A stretch of DNA of 64,000 nt from Candidatus Cloacimonadota bacterium (GTDB taxonomy: Bacteria; Cloacimonadota; Cloacimonadia; Cloacimonadales; Cloacimonadaceae): positions 1,025 to 65,024 of the forward strand of contig JAJBAW010000006.1 in assembly GCA_020532545.1 (NCBI GenBank), read 5' to 3'. The position numbers and the translations under genes are program-made. The notes below the pieces were generated by a model, which saw only the letters and a program-made list of their open reading frames with translations, ran no database searches and had not been told where the DNA came from. How positions within the stretch are numbered: position 1 is the first letter of the stretch; every line of letters begins with the position of its first letter. This document shows positions 56,952-64,000 of the stretch, in pieces.

Positions 56952-57845
56952 TTATTCAGTTGCGGCTGTTTCCGCTACTTTTTCTTCTTTTTCTGCAGCT
57001 ACGGGTTCTTTGGTCTTAGCTGCTACTGGTTCTTCGGTCTTAGCGGCCACAGGTTCTGCTTTTTCTGCTGCTGCGGGCTCTTTGACTTCTGCTGCTACAG
57101 TCTCTTCGGGGACAGATTCCTGCTCTTCTTTTACGACTTCAGGACCGTCTGCACCTTCGCTGGCCAGGCCCCGTCCTTCGATCACGGCATTGGCCATGAT
57201 GTCGGAAATCAGGGTGATGGCACGGGTAGCGTCATCATTTGAGGGGATTACATAGTCGATGAGATCGGGATCGCAATTCGTATCCACCATCGCTACGATG
57301 GGGATGCCCAGGATGCGCGCTTCATGGATGGCGATATCTTCATATTCGGTATCCACCACAAAGATAGCTCCAGGCAGAGCGTCCATTTCACGGATTCCGC
57401 CCAAAGAAAACTCGATCTTATCGTGCATGCGTTTCATCTTCTGTGCTTCAAGCTTGGTATAGCTGGCCAGGGTGCCATCGGCTTCGATTTCTTCGAAATA
57501 CTTCATCTTTTCGATGCTCTGACGGATGGTGGACATATTGGTCAACATCCCGCCATACCAGCGTTGGTTTACGTAAAATACACCAGACTTGGCGGCGGCA
57601 TCGACGATGGCGCTTTGAGCCTGTTTTTTGGTGCCTACGAAGAGTACGTATTCCTGACGGCTCGCCACTTCTTTGATAAATTGGTAGGCTTCATTAATAG
57701 CATCGACCGTCTGTTTGAGGTCGATGATGTGGATCCCATTGCGTTTGATGAAGATATATTTCTTCATCTTGGGGTTCCATTTGAAAGTCTGGTGACCAAA
57801 GTGGACACCGGCTTCCAGTAGTTGTTTCATAGATACAACGGACAT
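56952..57845 (-). CDS. rpsB: 30S ribosomal protein S2 with a repetitive C-terminal extension
   Basis: 297 aa with the canonical S2 core (LLEAGVHFGHQT...) plus about 60 aa of an Ala/Glu/Lys-rich tail. The tail contains 8-aa repeats EPVAAKT-like. Confidence 0.95.
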   Translation of the reverse strand: MSVVSMKQLLEAGVHFGHQTFKWNPKMKKYIFIKRNGIHIIDLKQTVDAINEAYQFIKEVASRQEYVLFVGTKKQAQSAIVDAAAKSGVFYVNQRWYGGMLTNMSTIRQSIEKMKYFEEIEADGTLASYTKLEAQKMKRMHDKIEFSLGGIREMDALPGAIFVVDTEYEDIAIHEARILGIPIVAMVDTNCDPDLIDYVIPSNDDATRAITLISDIMANAVIEGRGLASEGADGPEVVKEEQESVPEETVAAEVKEPAAAEKAEPVAAKTEEPVAAKTKEPVAAEKEEKVAETAATE

Positions 57846-58040
57846 GTGATTACTCCTAATCTACGGTTAATATTTCCAGCCAAAGGATATACGCAATTCA
57901 GAGGGAACAATATTCCCCTCACCGCCTTGCAACTCGCTTTGGTGGTTTATTTTGGCATCGCTGCCAGGTTTTGGTTTCACTTTCTTGAAAGCTTTCATTA
58001 CCATTGGAGGGGGAAAGATATCCCCCCGTAAACCAACAGA

Positions 58041-58427
58041 TTAACGCTTGGAGAATTGGAATTTCTTCCGGGCTCCAGGTTGACCGGATTTCTTACGCTC
58101 CACCATACGGGGGTCGCGAGTGAGAAATCCACGGGCTTTCAGGATGGGTCTCAGCTTCTCATCATATTCTACCAGTGCACGGGAAATGCCGTGACGAATC
58201 GCGCCAGCCTGGCCGGAAAGACCACCGCCACGAACGTTTACGTACACGTCAAAACTATCAGAAAGACCTACGGTCTGCAGCGGTTGTTCCACTACCATTT
58301 CCAGGGTTTCCCGCTGGAGGTATTTCTTCATCTGCACTTTGTTGATGATGCGTTTGCCGGTGCCGGGGGTAATACGAACCCGGGCTGTGGCAACTTTTCT
58401 TCTTCCTACGGCATCAAAATTTTGCAT
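58041..58427 (-). CDS. rpsI: 30S ribosomal protein S9
   Basis: 128 aa ending ...[10 protein letters not shown], with [19 protein letters not shown]. Confidence 0.96.
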   Translation of the reverse strand: MQNFDAVGRRKVATARVRITPGTGKRIINKVQMKKYLQRETLEMVVEQPLQTVGLSDSFDVYVNVRGGGLSGQAGAIRHGISRALVEYDEKLRPILKARGFLTRDPRMVERKKSGQPGARKKFQFSKR

Positions 58428-58442
58428 ATTCTGTCTGTCTCC

Positions 58443-58871
58443 TTACAAGGTAAGTTCCACAGGCATTTGCGCGGCATGAGGATGCTCGCTACCTGTGTAA
58501 ACTTTTAGTTTTTTCATCATTGCGCGTCCCAGGGTATTCTTCGGCATCATGCCTTTTACGGCATGCTCGATAATACGCTCTGGATGCTCTTCCAATACTT
58601 TGGCATACGGGATCTCTTTCAGTCCACTGGGATATCCACTAAAAGATTTATAAACCTTTTGCAGGGCTTTGAGCCCGGTTACACGAACTTTGTCGGCATT
58701 GATCACTACTACGTAATCTCCGGTGTCCAAATTCGTTGCAAAATACGGCTTATTTTTACCACGTAAAATTGTGGCAATCTTAGAGGATAATCGACCAAGA
58801 GGCTGACCCGTAGCATCTACGACATACCAGGCTTGGATAATGTCGCTCGGGCTGGGAGTTAGGGTCTTCAT
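58443..58871 (-). CDS. rplM: 50S ribosomal protein L13
   Basis: 142 aa with WYVVDATGQPLGRLSSKIATILRGK. Confidence 0.96.
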   Translation of the reverse strand: MKTLTPSPSDIIQAWYVVDATGQPLGRLSSKIATILRGKNKPYFATNLDTGDYVVVINADKVRVTGLKALQKVYKSFSGYPSGLKEIPYAKVLEEHPERIIEHAVKGMMPKNTLGRAMMKKLKVYTGSEHPHAAQMPVELTL

Positions 58872-59020
58872 TGATTCTCCTTTTGCATTTTTATACAGTA
58901 TGCCAGATTTTTGGATATACAGATAATGTCAAGAAGAAACGGATTTAATTGAGAATTGAGGATGGAGAATGGAGAATTTTGGGGCTTTCCTGAGCTTTTC
59001 CCTATTCACTTTTCACTCTT

Positions 59021-59079
59021 CTCCCTAATGCGTTGTCGTGGAGATGACGTGGAGATAGGAGGAATAAATACTGCTATCT
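59021..59079 (+). repeat. hairpin repeat family A, copy 4 (truncated)
   Basis: The left arm gtcgtggagatgacgtggagata (59035-59057) is identical to copy 1, and the loop is ggaggaataaatactgc. The right arm breaks off after tatct. Confidence 0.75.
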
Positions 59080-59317
59080 ACAGGGGAAATGGAGGATGGG
59101 TTATTAAGGGAGGATTGAGCGATGTAGCTGAGCTGTTCTGCAGTCTACTGAGATTTTTGAGTTTTCCGGTACAAAGGGTTTTGAAATTATGGCGATTTTA
59201 TAGCTTTCTATCTGATCTAATCATCGGTTTAGTCCCCAAAAGCTAAGATGCAGGAGTAAAACAGCCTTGATGACGGTCTTGAGCGGAGTTTTATCATGCT
59301 CAGAACAAGCAAAGCAG

Positions 59318-59774
59318 TTATCTGTAATAATCATCATCTGAAACCCAAAAGTCTGCATTGGAAAAATCCTGCCACACTATATAAACCAGAATAGCGACAG
59401 CAACAACAGTTATCCCAAAACCGGTGGCAGCGTAAGTTAAATTTTTTTTTACGAGATACATCGCTGAAGGAAGATATGTAACCAGAAACATAATCTGCTC
59501 CCATTGATTGCTCCAACATAATAACTTTCTGGGGATCAGGCTGAGGATCGGAAATTGCAGCAGCCATAATACCCAAAGGGCCAAAAACCAACCCACCTAA
59601 CAGATAGGCACCTTGCCCCATTGCGTCTTTTTCCCCATCAACTGCGCCTTCCTCGAAAGTGTTTTGAGCACAGGAATCTGCCTCTATCACCTGGGGGAAG
59701 TCCTGGCAAAAAGCCACGGAGCTAAAGACCACTAAGGCAAGAGTCAATAAAACAGATTTGGACACGGGTTTCAT
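59318..59774 (-). pseudogene. small membrane/lipoprotein-like gene interrupted by a frameshift in an A9 tract
   Basis: The frame from ATG 59774 (MKPVSKSVLLTLALVVFSSVAFC...SDVSRKK) and the frame ending at 59318 (NLTYAATGFGITVVAVAILVYIVWQ...) join if the A9 run (T9 on the plus strand, 59442-59450) were A8. Confidence 0.6.
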
Positions 59775-59947
59775 ACATGACTCCCTCTCACTAACATAAT
59801 TTGGTATCAATAACATTATAATTGTTAATGAGCGAAAAGCAAGTTAGTGATTTGATATTCATCATATTGCTGGGAAATGCTCTTTGTGCTAAAAAGCATG
59901 TTTTTAAGCACAGCTGCGGACGCTGCACCTGCCCTCTTGCCATAAAT

Positions 59948-60322
59948 AATCTTCCACGGGACTTCAATAAGCCGGATTCTGTATCCCGGCGAGCCGGGAT
60001 TGATGTCTATCCCTCTGGGCCAAAACTCACGCTTTGGCTCAAGCTGCCTACCCGGAAGCGGTGTGGGCACACCATAGCTTCCCTATTTGGCATTGCACCG
60101 GATAAGGCATTCCTGGCTGCCACTGTCACCAATGGCACCGGTGGTCTCTTACACCACCATTTCACCCTTGCGGGGCACCACTAAAGTACCACGCGGTTTG
60201 TTTCTGTGGAGCTGGCTCTGCATTGCTGCAGCTTCCCGTTAGGAAGTATCCTGCCCAAGGTGTCCGGACTTTCCTCTGCGCCCTAGGGCACAGCAGACAT
60301 CTTTCGTTCCCGTGGAAGAAAC
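59948..60322 (-). ncRNA. rnpB: RNase P RNA, bacterial type A
   Basis: On the minus strand, GAGGAAAGTCCGGAC (rc of 60262-60276) and ACAGAATCCGGCTTA (rc of 59968-59982) are the P4 strands. A terminal helix pairs CTTCCACGGGA (rc of 60308-60318) with TCCCGTGGAAG (rc of 59951-59961). The ends are approximate. Confidence 0.88.
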
Positions 60323-60371
60323 TATATATTTCACACCGTAGCACTGTCTTCAGACGGTGCTACGGGCGGCG

Positions 60372-61178
60372 TTACAGATATTTTAACATATCCCGGTCGG
60401 TCACGCCAGCATAAAGTTCGATAAAGGGCTTCACCGGGCTGATTTTAATCTTGGGGAAAAATACTTCTTCCACCTGGAAAAAGCCGACAGAGGCGTTCAT
60501 TTCCACTTCGATGCGGATGGGCTTCTCCTCGCCCTTCATGATGCGTACCTTTTGGATGGCACCTGCTGAGGTGCGGTGAATATCCCCAATGCGCGCTTTC
60601 GTAGAGAGCATTGCCGGAATTCTGGCTCTGCCTTTTTCCATGTCGCTGCCATCTCCGATCAGCACCAATCCCGCCTCCAGAGAGTGGATGGTGTGGGTGG
60701 CCATGTGCCCGAAGATGCCTTCCACCGCGATGCATTTGATGGCGGCTTTGATGTGGTATTCATCTTCTTTGTGGGTAGCGGCCAAAATCTTGTCGATAAA
60801 GGGGATGGCGAGCTGGATGCTGACAAATTCATGCGAATCCCGCGCCACGCTCATGCCCATATCGTGCATTATTGAAGCCATAATCACGGCCATCAGAGAA
60901 TCGTCTGCCGTGCCCACTTTTTCTTTTTCCAGATTCATCTGAATGCCGGCTTCATTGAGCAGCTTGAACATCAGAATCGCATTCAGGGCGGCAGTGCGCA
61001 TGTGTACAGGCCCGTGATCGTTGAAGCCCAGGCGTTTGATCGACACTATATTAGCGTATTCCTGCAGGGCCTGGATTTCGGGATCGGCAAAGAGCATTTC
61101 TGCTGTTTTCAGGGCCTTACCGCTCAGGAGCTTCAGGATTTTACGCTCTAATTGTTGTTGTTTTACTGATTTATTCAT
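60372..61178 (-). CDS. HD-domain metal-dependent phosphohydrolase
   Basis: 268 aa from ATG 61178, which has AAGGAG 8 nt upstream; the ORF-track start at 61241 is an over-extension. The motifs are HGPVH...MHDMGMS (the H...HD pattern). Confidence 0.75.
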   Translation of the reverse strand: MNKSVKQQQLERKILKLLSGKALKTAEMLFADPEIQALQEYANIVSIKRLGFNDHGPVHMRTAALNAILMFKLLNEAGIQMNLEKEKVGTADDSLMAVIMASIMHDMGMSVARDSHEFVSIQLAIPFIDKILAATHKEDEYHIKAAIKCIAVEGIFGHMATHTIHSLEAGLVLIGDGSDMEKGRARIPAMLSTKARIGDIHRTSAGAIQKVRIMKGEEKPIRIEVEMNASVGFFQVEEVFFPKIKISPVKPFIELYAGVTDRDMLKYL

Positions 61179-61240
61179 GTATTTATTCTCCTTGATCTGC
61201 GGTGCCCCAACTGCACGATTGTTCTTGTGAGCTTTCCGCA

Positions 61241-62821
61241 TTAGTTTATCCCGCCTTTGGTCTCTGGAGGGATCAGCTTGAGTATTTCATCTGGTAAACC
61301 TAAGATCCTGGCGATCTTAAGTGCATTCATGGGCACAGTCCTATTGGCAGAAAGGCTGATCAGGCTATAGTCCATGGCTTTAGCCAGAGCGATGAGTCTG
61401 CTTCCCAGATCATCTTCCAGATGCTGGGCAAAGCTGCTGTCTATGCCTTTGATCTGATATTGGCTCACCATTTTGAGTTGCGCTGGAGCGCTGAAATGCG
61501 TGGCGGCGACGGTGGTGTGGATGCTTTGCACCAGATAAGTAATCACCGCTGTGGCCAAGGCTTCACCCTCACGAGGATTGGTGCCTTTGGCAAATTCATC
61601 CAAAAGAAAGAGTCCGCGTCCGCTTTGCTGTAGAGCTTTGGTAAAATCCACCACCTCTGCTCCAAAGGAAGAGAGGTTATCCGTCTGTGTGGCATGATTG
61701 TAATAAACAAAATCGTAGTGCGGCAGTGTGGCAGATTCTGCGGGCAAAGGAATGGCATATTTGAGCAAATAGGCGCATTGAGCCAGGCATTTCAGGATGC
61801 TGGTCTTGCCGCCCATATTTGGCCCGGTGATGAGATTGGCAGCGGCGCTAAAGCTGAGATCCAGCTTTTGATAAGGTCTTGCGCCTGCTTCCAGACTGAG
61901 TTGCAGAGGCAAATTGCGCGCTTGTTTCAGTTTGATCTCCTCGCCCAAACGCGGAATGCAGCAGTCGTAACGCAGGGCAAAATCTGCCAGAGCGTAGTCC
62001 CAGCCCAGCTCTTTCACAGTCTGCACGGCCTGTTCCAAAGCGGGATGATGCTCTGAAATCTGTGCTGAGAGCTGCTCTAAGACCCGGTCTTCTTCGAGGC
62101 CCAGGGCTTTATTGGTCTCGGCGATCTGCCGTTTCAGCTCGTTTGTTTCCATGTTATCGGACAAGGTAAAGCCCAGATTGGCAACGCTTTCTCTATTCAG
62201 AACGAAGAAGCCGCTGCTCTTGATCTTCAGGGTCAGATCCTGCTGCTGGCGGGCGAGGACAAATTCCTCTTTGAGCTGGGGCAGATTCAGCAGTTCTCTG
62301 GCCTCACTAAGTAGCTCATGGCGCCGGTGTTTCAGTTTCAGGCTCAGGGTTTGGCGGATGCCATCCAGCTCGGCGAGCTTGGTGCTATAGGCTGTAGAAA
62401 GTCGGAAATAAGGAATCTTGCCACCATCGGGGTCCAGGAGCTCAAAAAGATCGCCCAAATCCGGGATCTCATAGCTTAAGACCTCTTGCTGAATCATGTA
62501 GGCGCGCAGGGCTTGATAGTGCCAGACAAAGCTTTTGAGTTCGAAAATCTCGTGGATACTGAGTTTATTATTGCGATACATTGCGGGATTCAGCTCGGAA
62601 ATGTGCGCCAGCAGGCTATCCCATTTGGGGCGCTTCTCGCTCCCCAGCTTTTTTAGTAGTAAAGCTCGTCTCTGATAGGCTGCCTTGATTTCATCAATAC
62701 TAAGGCGTTGACGGCCGAGTTTATGGCGCTTCACAGCGGCGATAAAATCCGAAGGGACCTCGATCAGATCAAAGATCTGATCCAAGCCCAAAAGCCGGCT
62801 AAGCTGTTTATTCATATCCAT
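61241..62821 (-). CDS. MutS-related ATPase (MutS2-like domain V) without an Smr domain
   Basis: 526 aa from ATG 62821; the ORF-track TTG at 62866 lies in a TTGACA box. The Walker A motif is GPNMGGKTS, followed by LLDEFAKGTNP. No C-terminal Smr region is present. Confidence 0.75.
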   Translation of the reverse strand: MDMNKQLSRLLGLDQIFDLIEVPSDFIAAVKRHKLGRQRLSIDEIKAAYQRRALLLKKLGSEKRPKWDSLLAHISELNPAMYRNNKLSIHEIFELKSFVWHYQALRAYMIQQEVLSYEIPDLGDLFELLDPDGGKIPYFRLSTAYSTKLAELDGIRQTLSLKLKHRRHELLSEARELLNLPQLKEEFVLARQQQDLTLKIKSSGFFVLNRESVANLGFTLSDNMETNELKRQIAETNKALGLEEDRVLEQLSAQISEHHPALEQAVQTVKELGWDYALADFALRYDCCIPRLGEEIKLKQARNLPLQLSLEAGARPYQKLDLSFSAAANLITGPNMGGKTSILKCLAQCAYLLKYAIPLPAESATLPHYDFVYYNHATQTDNLSSFGAEVVDFTKALQQSGRGLFLLDEFAKGTNPREGEALATAVITYLVQSIHTTVAATHFSAPAQLKMVSQYQIKGIDSSFAQHLEDDLGSRLIALAKAMDYSLISLSANRTVPMNALKIARILGLPDEILKLIPPETKGGIN

Positions 62822-63342
62822 ATTTTCCTTAAAAAAACAGAATTCCGACTTGGCGATCCCTGTCAATGATTTTCTGATAGGTACAGGAATTCACCACCTT
62901 TGTTTTGACTTAAAAACGATCTTTCTTTTGTTGCTTTACCAGCTATAAGTAAGTTCATTATTAATTACCTGCCAGATGGTTATAGAGCCACTTCGGTCGT
63001 TTTTGAGTTTAAACAAAGACTACTGTGAGTAGGATAGCCTGAGATCGCAGTGTGGTGATTCTCCTGTTTAAACTCACAATTTTGATTAGAGACAAGGTAT
63101 AGCGCTGTTGAAAGAAAGTGAGATAGGGGAATATCTGTAGCAGAACAAGCAAAGCAAAATTGTAAGTCAAAACAGGAACCTGGCAGGTTCGCAGACGGGC
63201 AGGGAAAAAAAAGCCTTGTCAGAAAAGCCAATTGCTTTATCATAGTTTATCTTGCAAATTTGTAAGGACTGTCAGCCAGCTTTCGTCCATTGTTTCATAT
63301 GGGTCTTTGGCTCTGACAGCTTAGTCCCAGGGAGATAATTGA

Positions 63343-64000
63343 ATGCATCGATACATCGTTATAATCGCGCTCCTGTTCATGCTAAATCTATCCGCACAGG
63401 AAGCCCGGCCGATCAGTCTGCAGGCAGCCAAAGATATGGCTTTGCAGCAAAACCAGAACTTCCAGGGAGAAAAAGCAGCCCTGGAGGCAGCAAAATGGAA
63501 TAAGACCAGTGCTATGTCTTCCTTTTTGCCAAGTTTGAGCCTCGCCGGGACCCTTTTACATATGGATCCCGCGCGCACGATCCCCGCAGGCGGACAGAAT
63601 GTAACCCTGAACAAAGACCAGCGCTCCCTCGCTTTGAGTCTTTCGCAACCGCTTTTTATGGGTGGCAGGCTGTATCAGTCTTACAAGATCGCCTCGGCTT
63701 CTGCGCAAATGGCGAGTCTGAGCCTCGAGATGGAGGAGATTCAGCTGCAAGCTGAAGTGGAGACGAAATACTATGCGGTTTTGCAGCTCATGGACATCCT
63801 TGAGATCGCGACCAGAGAACATGAGCAGGCCGTTCAGAATATGGCTGTGGCGGATCTGAAACTTGAGACCGGCATCCTCTCGCGGGCGGATCATCTGCGC
63901 TTTCAGGCCAGTCTTGCCAATAAGGACATTGCCCTTTTGCAGGCAGAAACCGCTTACGATCTGGCACTTAGGGGTTTCATGAACTTTCTGGGAGCTGATG
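63343..64000 (+). CDS. TolC-family outer-membrane efflux protein, N-terminal part (runs off the right edge)
   Basis: Not in the ORF track because it is open-ended. The translation is MHRYIVIIALLFMLNLSAQEARPISLQAAKDMALQQNQNFQ...LSQPLFMGGRLYQSYK..., the typical OEP repeat pattern. RBS GGAGA lies upstream. Confidence 0.75.
   Translation, partial: MHRYIVIIALLFMLNLSAQEARPISLQAAKDMALQQNQNFQGEKAALEAAKWNKTSAMSSFLPSLSLAGTLLHMDPARTIPAGGQNVTLNKDQRSLALSLSQPLFMGGRLYQSYKIASASAQMASLSLEMEEIQLQAEVETKYYAVLQLMDILEIATREHEQAVQNMAVADLKLETGILSRADHLRFQASLANKDIALLQAETAYDLALRGFMNFLGAD

Noticed and set aside
59301-59316. A 16-nt exact match cagaacaagcaaagca shared with 63141-63156.
   Set aside because: About one 16-mer match is expected by chance in a 64-kb window on both strands. 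The flanking sequence is not similar.
59822-60414. ORFs 59822-60184 (+), 59825-60070 (-), 60162-60344 (-) and 60223-60414 (+).
   Set aside because: They overlap RNase P RNA, whose P4 strands and terminal helix were identified. The region is an RNA gene, not coding.
62980-63243. An 87-aa minus-strand ORF in the 475-nt gap before the TolC-like gene, and an 11-bp stem (63005-63015 with 63064-63074) there.
   Set aside because: The ORF has no RBS and a Cys/Phe/Leu-rich odd composition. A single 11-bp A/T-rich stem is not enough to call an RNA gene.

Overview
This is a gene-dense 64-kb chromosomal window with about 55 protein genes, one tRNA and RNase P RNA. I saw no rRNA, CRISPR array, transposase or integrase. 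All protein-family calls rest on motifs recognised by eye; no HMM or BLAST search was possible.

Core content:
- Central metabolism: eno, pyk, two tandem gpmA copies, malic enzyme, fhs and dxr.
- A translation block on the minus strand: rplM-rpsI and rpsB-tsf-pyrH-frr.
- hisS, ridA, a PduO-type corrinoid adenosyltransferase, copA, and M3, M42 and M14 peptidases.

Likely host: four large secreted proteins end in type-IX-secretion (T9SS) C-terminal sorting domains, and a PorV/PorQ-like barrel is present. The host is therefore probably an FCB-superphylum bacterium. Cloacimonadota-like is only a guess.

Unusual content:
1. A translationally coupled 6-7 gene operon (about 19.5-26.9 kb). It holds a fold-type-III PLP decarboxylase homologue whose Schiff-base Lys is Met, two tandem GNAT-like paralogues, a FemAB-like acyltransferase, two B12-binding radical-SAM enzymes and a 2x[4Fe-4S] ferredoxin. 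I cannot assign it to a known pathway, and it is the best candidate for an undescribed system.
2. An AT-rich type II restriction-modification island. It is followed by 1.1 kb of non-coding DNA containing a perfect 34-bp inverted repeat.
3. An SF2 helicase with an HNH nuclease inserted before a DUF1998-type zinc ribbon.
4. A bacterial PARG-like macrodomain gene with an unknown partner.
5. A tandem gpmA duplicate lacking the catalytic Glu and the C-terminal tail.
6. Three families of dispersed intergenic repeats, one of them a 21-23 bp hairpin with a compensatory base change.
7. A membrane-protein gene broken at an A9 tract.
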